DNA of 62,941 nt, filler included, from Diploschistes diacapsis (GCA_023645945.1; 27 parts of 27 records of this genome joined end to end with filler, not necessarily neighbours in it), one strand, 5' to 3'; shown: positions 38,109 to 51,182, counted from the whole stretch's first letter. The notes: generated by a model from the sequence alone, not told the origin. A program made the numbers and translations.

Positions 38109-39179
38109 TGTTGAGCAGGCAGGCAGAATGCATGGCTGGGAAGTTCAGCTGAACCTCAGGTTCAGGTTCAGTTCAGCTTAGGCTGGCCGTCACTGACACT
38201 GACAAGGCCGTGTCAGTGACACGGACACTGATAGTGTCAGTGTCCGTGTTTTAGATTTTTTAGCTGCGGTGTCCGTGTCCGTGGATTCACGGAAGTGCAG
38301 TGTCCGTGTCAGTGTCAATATTTTAAATTTTTTAATTACAGTATCCGTGTCCGTGGATTCACGGAAATACAGTATCCGTATCAATATCCGTGTTTTAAAA
38401 ATTTTAGTTGCGGTATCCGTGTCCGTGCATTTACTATAATACAATATCCGTGTCCGTGTCCGTGTTTTAAAAAAACTTTTTTAAAAATAAAAGCGTGAGA
38501 AATAAACGTGATAATTTTAAAAATATTAAAAAAAAAAAAGTGTTTCCGTGTTTTCACTACAGTGTAATGTCCGTGTCAATGGATTCACGGAAATATAATG
38601 TCCGTATCAGTATCCGTATTTTAAATTTTTTAGTTGCGGTGTCCGTGTCCGTGAATTCACGGAAGTATAATATCCGTATCAATGTCAATGTTTTAAAATT
38701 TTTAATTGCAATGTCCGTATTCGTGGATTCACGGAAGTGCAGTGTCCGTGTCAATGTCAATGTTTTAAAATTTTAACTGTCGTGTCCGTGTCAGTGTCCG
38801 TGTTTTGAAAATTTTTGCTGCAGTGTCCGTGTCAGTGACCGTGGCACGAAACGGCCAGCCTAGTTCAGCTGAACCTACTGGGGTTCCTGCTAATCTTAAT
38901 CGGGAATAGTGCAAGTTTATAGGGTTTAATGGATCCTATTAATATAAAAGCTTATATATAGATTATTCCTTTTAATTAAATTTTTAGATATTTAAACTTC
39001 AATATATACGTTATTTAAAAGGTTATAAACCCGGATTAATTTATTATCCCGTCGCGTTTATATATTAAAAATAATATTTCCGGATAGGTATCATCATTAC
39101 GATTATAGGATCTAATTACGCTATTTATTATAAATTAAATTAAAGAAATCTTAAAAATTTAAAATCTAAATTATAACAC
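38109..39179 (+). mobile_element. Copia LTR family F interrupted by a hAT MITE
   Basis: Starts TGTTGAGCAGG and resumes after 38870. Other copies begin at 35089, 43459, ~45041 and 46140 (all -) and at 47450 (+). Confidence 0.8.
38179..38862. mobile_element. Complete non-autonomous hAT-type MITE (684 bp)
   Basis: 12-bp TIR TAGGCTGGCCGT/ACGGCCAGCCTA, perfect 8-bp TSD GTTCAGCT (38171-38178 and 38863-38870), and internal 72-bp repeats. Partial copies at 37691-37709, ~39665-39737, 48501-48700, 50196-50285, 59884-60050 and 61463-61642. Confidence 0.9.
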
Positions 39180-39279
39180 NNNNNNNNNNNNNNNNNNNNN
39201 NNNNNNNNNNNNNNNNNNNNNNNTTAATTAATTAANNNNNNNNNNNNNNNNNNNNNNNNNNNNNNNNNNNNNNNNNNNN

Positions 39280-40767
39280 CTTTTTATATATCATTTAATT
39301 ATAATGACGTCGATCACGTAATAAATAAAAAGCTTTAAGAACTATTTTACTTTTTATAAATAAAACGAGAGAACGGTAGTTTTATCTATCTACTAATTTA
39401 TTCCGCTAAAAAGTCGTTAACTATATAAGAACGCGTCATGATTTTTATAAATCGAGATATATTCGTTTTCATAAACATCTTTAACGATTATTCGAGATCA
39501 ATTTATATTCGTTACCTTTTATTATTAAAAAGCAATCTTTTTAAAGATTAATATAAACCTATAACCGATCTATTTCTTCTCCTTCCTTACTCCTTTTCTA
39601 TCAGAAACCAAACCTACCTTAATTAATACCTCGTGTCTACGTTGTAGAGATAGAGATCATAACAACATTATATTATAATAAAAACACGGACACCGACACT
39701 GCAGTTAAAAAATCTAAAATATAAACACTAACACTGCTGTTATGATCTCTATCTCTACAAGGTAGACACGAGGTATTGATCAAGGTGGGTTTGGTCTCTG
39801 TTAGAAGAGGAATATAGGAAGGAGAAGAAATAGATCGGTTATAAATTTATATTAATCTTTAAAAAGAGTATTTTCTATTCATAAAGGGTAACGCATATAG
39901 ATTAATCTCGAATAATCGTTAAAGATATTTATGAAAGTAAACACGCAAGATATGAATAGTTTTAGTTAGAACTTATATATACCGAAATTTTCGAGGAAGC
40001 ATTAGTGCCGATTCCTATTGCTTCGTTAAAGCAAAAGAAGCGCCGACGGTGGTTCTTATGAAATAAAAGGAGCGTTGCGTATTATTCCTCTAGAGCCCAT
40101 GGAGCGGCGCCTCTCGCTTCAACAGCTTACGTGATACACACGTCAGTAAATTCCTAAGTGAATGACTGGGACGTGACAGGTTAATTATCTAGATCATAAT
40201 ATTATCTTTTTCTTTCAGCATTGTCGGCCCGATAATTTACCGAAAAATCTAATTATATAAACGAAAACGTGTCTTTATCCTATTTTTCTATAATGGACTC
40301 TTCCACTCATCGTTAACGTAAGGTTACACATCGCAATAAAATTGTTATGATCTCTATCTCTACAACGTAGACACGAGGTATTGATCAAGATAAGATTGGT
40401 CTCTAATAAAAAAAGAATATAGAAGGAGAAGAAATAAATCGGTAACAGATCTGTTCTAATCTCTAAAAAAATTACTTAACTAATAATAAAAGTAAACGAA
40501 TATAAATTAATCTCGAGCAATCGCTAAAGATATTTATAAAAATAAACACACCCCGATTTATAAGAGCTATGGCGCGTTGTTATATAATTAATTACTCCCT
40601 AGCGGAATAAATTAGTAAATAAATAAAACTACCGTTCTCCCGTTCTATTTATAAAAGATAAAATAGCCTCCAAAACTTTCTATTCATCACGTAACCAACG
40701 TTACCATAATTAAACTATATATAAAAAATAATTAAATTAAGCCCGATCAGCTATGAAGTACTAACTG
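39280..40767. mobile_element. Cluster of three family C LTRs (39280-39664 +, 39738-40201 -, 40343-~40756 -) with a Gypsy 3' UTR/PPT remnant
   Basis: Repeated GATAGAGATCATAACA termini; minus-strand purine tract GAAAGAAAAAGATAA abuts 40201. Confidence 0.75.
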
Positions 40768-40867
40768 NNNNNNNNNNNNNNNNNNNNNNNNNNNNNNNNN
40801 NNNNNNNNNNNTTAATTAATTAANNNNNNNNNNNNNNNNNNNNNNNNNNNNNNNNNNNNNNNNNNNN

Positions 40868-41771
40868 GTAACATAATACTTATCCGAAAGTCAATAAAAC
40901 GACCAACCGTTGACTTAATACATAATATCGGAAAAATAAATATCCCGTTAATATTAAACGGTAATAACACGTCAATCACGGACGATAATAAGATATCAAT
41001 AATACAAAAATAGGAAGTTTAGAACGAATATACTGAATTATTTGAATTTATGGTGGATTATAGCACCCTGGGGGCCGATGTTTTAATTAAGAAGTTTCTA
41101 CGAATAAAGGTTTTAAAAAGAAATATTGAACCTAAATTTAATCTTAAACCTAAATTCCGTCCTGAACCTGAACCCGTAAAGATAAACGAAAAAGATGTTT
41201 TGATAATAATAACTATATATTAAAACAAAAAGCTATTTAACACGACTTTTGTTATTAATAAACGAAAACGGGATAATAAAAAATATTCATCGATTAAAGT
41301 TTTAAAAAACCTTATCGTATTAATAATTAACGAGCAAGAGATAATCAGCGATATTAAACTAAAATTATCTTAAATTAGCATTCTAAGGAGCTATAAAGAA
41401 ACCGTTAATGATTTAATTTTTAAAGGAGAATAGAAGGAAACAATAAGGAAGAAAATCGATTTTTTACTTTTAAATCAGATCTAGACTGTACTACCTGAAT
41501 TAAAGAATATTAATATAATAAGCTCTAGATGGGTATTCGATGTAAAATATAATCTTAATGGCGATATTAAGAGATTTAAGACTAAATTAGTCGTAAAAGG
41601 GTTCTCATAGAAGCAAAGAATCGACTTTAAGGAGACATTTATTTTTATTATTCGAACGGATTCCTTCCGCATTTTATTAATAATTATCGCAATAAAAGAT
41701 CTAGAATATTATTAAATAAACGTTAATAACGCGTTTATAAAAGCGTCGTTGATATATTAGATCTATATAAC
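40868..41771 (+). mobile_element. RIP-degraded Ty1/Copia pol (reverse transcriptase N-terminal part), interrupted by a family C LTR at 41772-42226
   Basis: RWVFDVKYNLNGDIKRFKTKLVVKGFS*KQRIDFKETF...INVNNAF (RVT_2 motifs). Confidence 0.88.
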
Positions 41772-42454
41772 TGTTATGATCTCTATCTATACAAGATATA
41801 CACGAGTAAGATCAAGGTGGGTTTGGTCTCTGTTAGAAAAGGAATGTGGCAGAAGAAGAAGATAGATCAATCATAGATCTTAGACTATCTCTAGAAAGAA
41901 GGCTCTAAGATAATAAAAATAACGAATATAGATTAATCCCGAGCAATAACTCAAGATATTTATAAAAATAAACACGCCCTTTTTCACGAAAGTAAAATCG
42001 TGTTTATATATAATCAGCTCGCTCGCCGCTTATCGTAAACCTAACGAACAATATTCTCGAAACTCGCCGTTTATAAAAATAAACGCGATCATCGAGCGGT
42101 AACAAAAGCTCGCTCGCCGTTTATAAAAATAAACGCGAGCAATAAACGCATCACGTAACCTTTAATCCCGTGACTAACCTATATATAAAACTAGGACGTA
42201 TTAAGTCTAATACTTAGATCGTAATATTATCCTTTTTTTTTTAATATTATCGGCCCGATGATTCGCCGAAGGATCTAATATAAGTATTAAATAAAAGGAA
42301 TTTTAAGTCGTGGATAACGATGTCTTCTTTAATTTCTCGTAATTATAAATTTGCNNNNNNNNNNNNNNNNNNNNNNNNNNNNNNNNNNNNNNNNNNNNTT
42401 AATTAATTAANNNNNNNNNNNNNNNNNNNNNNNNNNNNNNNNNNNNNNNNNNNN

Positions 42455-42881
42455 ATATTATCTCCCGTTGTTATAGTTATGCTTTCAATTTTTAGATCGT
42501 TGGTTCGAGTATAGTTTTATTATTTATAAATCGAATTAATTGCGTATTATTATTGTTTGTAGGTGTAGATCTGTTCGAAGACGTAATGAACATACTCAGG
42601 GGCCTTTAAGTTATTATAGATAGTTACGACAAACGGTTTAGGGTATCTAACATACCCGGGGCGCTATATAAGACGTAATAGGTATTAAGGGCCAATATTG
42701 TAGGGAAAGGAGATAGTTGTAAGGTTTACGGGGTTACACATCTGCCGTCTACTGCCACAGCCACGTATTTATATATAGTGTAATAAGGAAACAGTGCTTC
42801 GGGGTTCCTGAAAGTATTGTGGTTAGTCTTTTGGCTCAGTGGGATAGCGCTACCTATTAGGCACTACCCCCCGCTGTTACA
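42455..42881 (+). mobile_element. TRIM-like miniature LTR element, copy 1: 5' LTR tail 42455-42475, 242-bp internal region, 3' LTR 42718-42881
   Basis: RIP-altered family A LTR end, then GTTATGCTTTCA, non-coding interior, PPT AGGGAAAGGAGATAG and a full family A LTR. Confidence 0.75.
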
Positions 42882-45230
42882 AGAGAGGTGTAAGTTTTTT
42901 ATTAGAGAAGTGAAAGTAATCGAGTAAGTTTAGCGAGTTTAATTGAACTTCGATACTACTCGAGAAGGAAGTTTTTCGGGTATTAATTAAATAAACCTAT
43001 ACTTAGGTTCTAAATTTTGACGTGGTTTAATTAATTTGGTTTTTTTAGAGCAGCGTAATCGGTACCCGCGTTTTATTGATGGGTAATTTAATTTCTATTT
43101 TGGATTTGATTACCCTAAAGTGCTATAATTTAGATCTAAAGTTTTTAAGATCTCTTTAATTTAATTTATAATAGGTAGCGTAATTGGATCCCGTAGTCGT
43201 AACGGTAATATTTACCCGAAAATACTTTTAATATATATACGCGACGGGATAATAAATCAATCTGGGTTCATAACTTATTAAATAACGTATGTATTAAAGT
43301 TTAAAGATTTATCTAAGAGGAACAACCTATATACAAGCCTTTATACCTATGGGATTCTCTAAGCCCTACAGGCTTGAGCTACTCCCAATCAGGATTAGCA
43401 GGTACCCAAGTGGGTTCAGCTGAACCTCCCAGCCATGCATTCTGCCTGCCTGCTCAACACGAACCTATAAAAAACTAAATAATAAATAAAGCGGCATTTA
43501 TAACGTATGACGAAAATTTAACGACGTCGATTGCAAATTAAATCTATTAACGTTAAGATAATAATTTAAAACCTTTTACTCATTCTTACTTTTAAAAGAC
43601 TTATAAGACCCTTTAGAGGGATAAAAGCATCCTAAATTATTTTCAATAGAAACAGAAATCGAAAAAGAATAAAAGATCGAAAAGATCCTCGACGTTAGAA
43701 AAAACCCCGAGAAAGGATTGAACGTCCAATATAAAATACGTTAAATAAAATAATTAATCGACAATAGTAAATATCCCGTTATAAATTTCGAAAATATTCT
43801 CGACATCTTACCAGAGTTTTATTAACTAAATCCCGAAAAAATGAAACCCCCGTGACTAATAACGCCCAGGGATAGGTAACCCACGCCAGTAAAAACTATA
43901 AACGGGAACGAATTTTTAAAATAAAAAACTATCGATTATCANNNNNNNNNNNNNNNNNNNNNNNNNNNNNNNNNNNNNNNNNNNNTTAATTAATTAANNN
44001 NNNNNNNNNNNNNNNNNNNNNNNNNNNNNNNNNNNNNNNNNCTACACCGCGTGGATGCCTAATGGCATCGTGGCCCTGGCGTCATAGCGACAGCGACGAG
44101 GGCAGGAGCAAGCGCGCCTAGTAAGTATAGGCGAACCCCCTAGTAGCAGCAGCAATAGCTAGTAGCCACTGCAGCTACTACAGATAAGCTATATTTACTT
44201 TCCGTCGTTAATTAGATTCGTGTTTTTAATATCGTTTAACATTTTCACCGTATTTAATTTACTTACGATTAATAAAAGATTACGTTAAAATCGTTTAACA
44301 TCGATCTATATCTTGTTTAACGGCTTATCGGATACTCGTTATAAGATAATACTTAATTAAAAATTTTAAATCATCAAATCGTAATATTTCGGGATTAAGC
44401 GACTTTATAGTATTTATATAACGGTGCATTATCGGCGTTTATATACGTAAAAAGCTTAAATATGGCTTCGCGCGGAATAAATTAATAAAACATATAATAC
44501 CGAAAGTAATTAACGAATAATTATTATTAAAAATCCTTTTTATTAATTATATATAATTAATTTAACGTAAACCAGTTTAGATTTTTTATTAAAAACATAA
44601 ATTTAAGATATCGTATTGGCTACAACGTGTAATTAATAAGAATTCCGTTAGAATGCCGTAGAAAGATTAATTTCTCGAGCGAAGATTAATGTTTAAGTAA
44701 TTAATCCGACGGATAATCGGGTGGTTACGTTAATAAAAACGTTTTTTAAAGTAACTATACCTTTAACGCCTCTGGTACTTCTTATATTTCTAATATTTCT
44801 TATATTCCTAACCTCTGTAACTTTTGGGTAACGCATGTATTGAAGTCTAGATATCTAGAGATCTTACTAGAAGGAATAATCTACATGCAAGCTCTTATAC
44901 CAATAGGATCCATTAAGCCTTATAGACTTGCACTATTCCCGATTAGGATTAGCAGGAACTTCAATAAGTTCAGCTGAACTAAAACTGAACCTAAAGTTTA
45001 GTTAAACTTCCTAGCCATATATTCTACCTGCCTGCTCAATATTCTTTCATGGGCGGAACCATCGGTATGTTTATTTAGTTTAACTAAATGTCTTTTATAT
45101 TAGTCTAAGTTCTTTAACGAATATGTCGTGTTTGACATAATTTAATGGTTTCGTTAATCCGTCGGCAATTATTTTATTTATAAGTATATAGATAATATTA
45201 ATACGGTCTCGTTTAACTAGATCCCGTATA

Positions 45231-45528
45231 CAGTCACGTGCCAAAAGTAATGGTCCCTACCTAAATTATAGTAGACATCACCAACTTTGGAGATGCGATG
45301 CGTACTTAAATAATGTCTTACAAATGCGCTTTTTAGATTATTTTGATGCCCGTTATTCGTAGTATCTATTAATATTTTGTTTACTATTCCTGCGCGTCGT
45401 ATATAGCCTGAATTCGCGTAGGTATCGAATAAATTAATCGAGCAGGCAAATCTTACTTCCTATCTATCGTAATTTGACCAAATGTTTCGATAATAATAGC
45501 TTTTAAAGCCTGTTTCTTATTATCTTTG
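45231..45528. mobile_element. End of a Tc1/impala-like DNA transposon inserted in a copia RNase H remnant
   Basis: TA|CAGTCACGTGCCAAAAGTAATGGTCC resembles Tc1-type CAGT...CAAAA termini at a TA site. Only one end is visible. Confidence 0.5.
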
Positions 45529-46140
45529 NNNNNNNNNNNNNNNNNNNNNNNNNNNNNNNNNNNNNNNNNNNNTTAATTAATTAANNNNNNNNNNNNNNNN
45601 NNNNNNNNNNNNNNNNNNNNNNNNNNNNTTAAGTAAACCTGAACTCAGGTCCTGAACTTTAACTTAGTTCAACCAATTTAGTTCTCTCAGAGCAGCGTAG
45701 TCGGTGCCCGCGTTTTATTAATAAGTAATTTAACTTCTACTTTGGATCTAATTACCCCAAAATGCTATAATCTAGATCTTAGGCTTTTAAAATCTCTTTA
45801 ATTTAATCTATAATAAATAACGTAATTAGATCCCGTAATCGTAACGGTAATACCTATCCGGAAACATTACTTTCAATATATAAACGCGACGGGATAATAA
45901 ATTAACCCGAACTTATCATCTTTTAAATAACACATATATTGAAGTCTAGATATCTAGAGATCTAATTAAAAGGAATAGTTTGTATGCAAACTTTTATACT
46001 AATAAGATCCATTAAGCCCTATAGACTTGCATTATTCCCGATTAGGATTAGTAGGAACCCCAGTAGGTTCAGCTGAACCTCAGGTTCAGGTTCAGTTCAG
46101 CTGAACTTCCCAGCCATGCATTCTGCCTGCCTGCTCAACA

Positions 46141-47058
46141 ATAAACTTTATAATTAAGTTATTAATATTCAAAGATCCAGTAACAAATATTCTATATAAC
46201 AACATTTAGGTTGTAATAAATAAATTTAATAATAAATTACATTACATACCTTTCAAAAAAGATTATAACGCGAAAATCTTATATCATATATAAATAAATC
46301 GAGTTATAAGAATTTATAAACATTCAAAAAAAATCATTAGCGACAGAAATAAACTCTTTACTTTAAGATACTAAAAAATTATAATAAAAACGTTCAACAC
46401 GAAATTAAAACACTCAAGCGTTTACTACCCATAAACAGACGGTTAAATAAAAAAAATAAATTAAACTCTCGAACAGTACTTACGGCATTACGTTAATTAA
46501 AATATGGACAATTAAATTGAACTATTACCAAACGCCGAATACTGCCTTAACAACAGACACAAAAAAATTAAAAAAATTCAGAATACGCAATCATTTAATA
46601 ATAAAACACTAAAAGATATTAAAAGATTAAGAATCTCAAGAAAAAATCCTCAACTAAAAAAAAAAGATAAAGTCTATTTATACACGGATAATCTCAAAAC
46701 ACGCAAACTTTTTAAAAAACTCGATCACGTCAAAATCGAATCCTTCTTTATCGATAAACAACCCGTTATACCGGACGAAACCAAACGAGTCAATTATCGA
46801 TTTAAATTATTAAAAAACGCGAAAATTTATGTAATATTTTATTTACGATATCTCGAATCTGTATATCTAGATATACCGTTATAAAAAACCTTTTACTTCG
46901 AATTAAACAACGAAAACGAATACGAAATCGAAAGGATCGTTAACCTAAAAAAAAATCAGTATAGAATTGAATAAAAAAGATACTTAAAAAATTAAAACAC
47001 GTAAGAACTTTTAACGAACTTAATAAATTATAAAAATAAATTTAAAAAATATTAAAAT
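46141..47058 (+). mobile_element. RIP-degraded Ty3/Gypsy integrase and chromodomain
   Basis: IISDRNKLFT, SVYYP*TDG, TLEQYLRHYVN and ENEYEIERIV. Confidence 0.85.
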
Positions 47059-47214
47059 TGTAACGCCCAAAGGTGCGCCCTGGGGTTCAGGTCCCCCTGC
47101 TGCCGCAGCCACGCNNNNNNNNNNNNNNNNNNNNNNNNNNNNNNNNNNNNNNNNNNNNTTAATTAATTAANNNNNNNNNNNNNNNNNNNNNNNNNNNNNN
47201 NNNNNNNNNNNNNN

Positions 47215-47669
47215 CGAAGATCAACGATAGATTAAAATATATCGATATTATCTATTATTATATACGGGATTTAATTAAACGAGGCCGTATTAATATTATT
47301 TATATATTTATAAATAAGATAATTACCGACGGATTAACGAAATCATTAAATTACGTTAAGCACGACATGTTTATTAAAGGACTTAAACTAATATAGAAGG
47401 TATTCAGCTAGATTAGATGAACATGCCGATGATTCCGCCCGTAGGGGAGTGTTGAGCAGGTAGGCAGAATGCATGGCTGGGAAGTTCAGCTGAACCTCAG
47501 GTTCAGGTTCAGTTCAGCTGAACCTACTAGGGTTCCTGTTAATCCTAATCGGGAGTAGTGCAAGTCTATAGGGTTTAGTGGATCCTATTGGTATAAGAGC
47601 TTGCATGTAGACTCTTCCTTCTAGTTAGATCTCTAGATATCTAGACTTCAATACATGCGTTGCCCAAAA
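47215..47669 (+). mobile_element. Ty1/Copia 3' end: RNase H remnant, PPT (AGGGGAG) and family F LTR from 47450
   Basis: RLKYIDIIYYYIRDLI...ITDGLTKSL followed by a purine tract and TGTTGAG. Confidence 0.85.
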
Positions 47670-48800
47670 TTAATATCTATTATTTAGACTAATCTAGGCC
47701 CGAATTGTTTATAATTCACGTCTTAAGCCACGTTTTAATTAAAAGGATGAATTAAATAAATATACGGTTATTAACCGTCCCAGAAACGCGGACGTGAAAA
47801 AAGAGATCCTCGTTATTAATAATCGATCTAATATAATATTCCGAAGATATATAAAACGTAACGATCTTATATTAGATTTTAAAAGAACTCGATTATAGAT
47901 TCGATCACGTATCGATAATGATCCGTTTCGATAACGCCAATCTACCCGAAAAAAAAAAGAATATTAATATTAAAAAAACATCGATATCGAGATCGCGAAA
48001 AAGGAAACAACGTCTCTATTTTTATTCGAAAGTAAAACGATAATAAAACGAATAAAATATTATAACGCCGAATCAATAATAAAAATAAAACATATTATAA
48101 AACTTTACGTGTAACGGAAAAAAACACGAATAAATTTTTCTAATTTATAATTCGATAGCGAAATTAAAAGCTTAATAACGAACAAACGATTTACGTTTCG
48201 TTAATAAATTAATCCCGAATTGATCGCGAAAATCCGACGTATAAAAAAAAATTATTAAAATAAAAAAAAGAACAGGCTTTCGAAAACACGTGAAAAAAAT
48301 AACCGAGAATATAAAGAAATTATAAAAGACCGTCGTTTAAATAAAAAAGATGGGAACGATATTAACGGGCCTAACAGTACCAATCTTAAAAAAATAAAAT
48401 AAATACGTACAATTATTTCGGGAGAAGGCCGAGGCGTTCGCGGAGAAATTTTATTTAAAGTTTATAACCGATATATCAGATATTAAAAACCCGGAAAGAT
48501 TAGGCTAGCCGTCACTGACACTGACACGGATACTGACAGTATCAGTATCCGTGTTTTAGATTTTTTAACTGCGGTGTCCGTGTCTATAGATTCACGGAAG
48601 TGTAGTGTCCGTATTAGTATCAATATTTTAAAATTTTTAATTACAATGTCCGTGTCCGTGCTTTCATTATAATACAGTATCCGTGTCAGTATCCGTGTCG
48701 NNNNNNNNNNNNNNNNNNNNNNNNNNNNNNNNNNNNNNNNNNNNTTAATTAATTAANNNNNNNNNNNNNNNNNNNNNNNNNNNNNNNNNNNNNNNNNNNN

Positions 48801-50170
48801 AAAAAAGACTGATATATCTAAAAATAAAAATTATACGAAAAAAATCGGATTACGCGTACGACGTTATAATAAATATAATTAATTCGGGCATAATGCGCGA
48901 ATTTACGTAATAGAATCTATAACTTCTAAAAAAAATACTAATAATTAATATAATAAATTATCGGACGAATTAATTACGTAAATATAATTATAACTCGTAT
49001 GAATCGAGAAGGGTGTCCGTTCGCTATAAGTGTCCGCTCGCTATGTATATACGTTATTTATAATATCGTCACCCGGACGTACAATCTTCGTCGTAATATA
49101 CGCAATTTGTTATCGAGCAGTTCGACGATAATATATATTAAAAGCTATAAATCGGAAACGAACATATCGTTCGAATCTATCGTTTTGATATTTTAAAAAA
49201 TGCTCGGCCTAAGTTCGAATATTCTTTATCAATACAGGTCTTATAAGACCGCGCGGGGAGTTTAAATTAACTAACCCGAAAAAAAAGGATTAAAAATATT
49301 ATCGTATAAAAATTATAAATAATATTTTATTCGTTAATAGAAATATTCATGATTTTAAGTATCGAAAACGTAACAGACTCGTCCACATTCGATTGCAATA
49401 AGGTTAATAAACGCGGATTTACGGGCGATTTAGGTTTACAATCGATTAAAAAAATCCGAAACATTTCTTACTCCGAAATCGTATTATTATCAATATCGAA
49501 ATCTAATATCAAGATATCCATATCACGCGGTAATTCCTCATCGTCTTCGTCGATGTCTTTAGATACAGGTTTAGGTTTAAGTTTAAATTTAAATTCCGAT
49601 TTAGCTCTAAATTGAGATCTAAATTCAGGTCCCGTTCGCGTAAACTAATATTAAACTAAAAGACGGTTATATATAAAGCCATATTCAGATAACGAATTTA
49701 AAGTATTTTATTTAATTTCGACATTTAAATAATCAGGATAATTACGTTTCAAAAAATCAAGCCACGTTACGATAACCTTTCGATGAACGATTTAACAAGT
49801 ATCGAATCGCTGTTTAAACGTAGCCGAAACGTTATCGATAAACTAAACAATCAGGATCAACGAACATAAATCTTAATAACTACTTTTTCTTCTTTAATAA
49901 TGACGTATATGCATAACGAGCGGATACTCATAGCGAGCAGACACCCTTCTCGATTCGTACGAGTTACAATTATATTTACGCAATTAATTCGTACGATAAT
50001 TTATTATATTAATTATTAATATTTTTTTTAGAAGTTATAGATTCTATTTCGTAATTTCGCGCATTATACCCGAATTAATTATATTTATTATAACGTCGTA
50101 CGCGCAATCCGATTTTCTTCGTATAATTTTTATTTTTAGATAACGTATATGCATAGCGAGCGGATACTTC
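48801..50170. mobile_element. Second pogo-like TIR family (ACGTATATGCATAGCGAGCGGA...): ends at 49054, 49903, 50143 (also 61704)
   Basis: ACGT termini mostly at TA sites, with an internally duplicated ATAGCGAGCGGACAC motif. 48820-49054 and 49903-50142 are inverted copies. Confidence 0.7.
49056..49902 (-). mobile_element. RIP-degraded Helitron RepHel N-terminal fragment
   Basis: VHRKVIVTWLDFLKRNYPDYLNVEI...LNSLSEYG and HFLKYQNDRFERYVRFRFIAFN match recalled motifs of fungal Helitron helicase N-terminal regions. Confidence 0.7.
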
Positions 50171-51139
50171 TTATTTAATTTTACGAACTTTTAACTAAGC
50201 TGGCCGTTACTGACATTAAGACGGCCGTGTCAGTGACACGGATATTGATAGTGTCAGTATTCGTGTTTTAGATTTTTTAGTTGCGNNNNNNNNNNNNNNN
50301 NNNNNNNNNNNNNNNNNNNNNNNNNNNNNTTAATTAATTAANNNNNNNNNNNNNNNNNNNNNNNNNNNNNNNNNNNNNNNNNNNNGGTTTTTGCAGAAAG
50401 GCGGGGGGAGGGGGACTCAATTTACTTGCGCCGACGCCGTTGTGGAGTTGATGCCCACCCTCCCGTCGGAGCCACAGGAACAAGTGTTTTCCCTATCTGA
50501 GCGGGCCGCGGAAAAAAACCGAAGAAATAGATGGTGGAGTATCTTTTGCGCAGGACGATGCCGACGGGTTATGAGGGCTAAGTTCGGGTATCCAGATAAG
50601 TTGGGGCGAGTTGCTCGGGTCGAGAAGGGGTTCCTTCGAGCAACTGGGCGGTGATACTGGGGGAAAAAAGGACGCAGGGTTGATATGGTTTACAAACTAG
50701 GGTGCCTGTGGTGGTCTCTCGTTTTTTTTGTTGCGGCGGAAGAACTGCTTCTTCTGGTATGTATGCCGACTTTGATTTTCATTGTGAAGCAAGATAAGCC
50801 CGCTGCAATAGCTCCGAAAAACGGCACGTTTGACACATCCCTGGTTTTCATCCGGCGAACTCTGCAAAATAACCTCTACGTGTCCCCCGATGTATTGTCC
50901 CCCATAGAATGATAGAACCAATCTGCACTCAGTAAAAAAAAAAAAAGTCGGTTCTCTATGTCAACGGGGTCGTTTATCTTAGCAATGGGAATCAACACAT
51001 CGGACACAAAAGAGGCAGTATATCCCATGTACAATGTCTCCGGCCAAGTTCGGTGGTGAAATCAGCCCGCTTTACCCTCAAGGATTGAGTAAGTACACTT
51101 TGTGCAATAGAACCCCCCCCTAATAGACTTAATGCCCCG

Positions 51140-51182
51140 GCATCAGCATCAGCATCAGCATCAGCATCAGCATCAGCATCAG
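51140..51182. repeat. (GCATCA)7 microsatellite
   Basis: Directly visible. Confidence 0.95.

Noticed and set aside
38190..38850. CRISPR-like array of palindromic repeats, and TDTDT-rich ORFs
   Set aside because: The intervening sequences are themselves repeated, the array lies within TIRs and a TSD, there are no cas genes, and the context is eukaryotic. The ORFs are by-products of the repeat.
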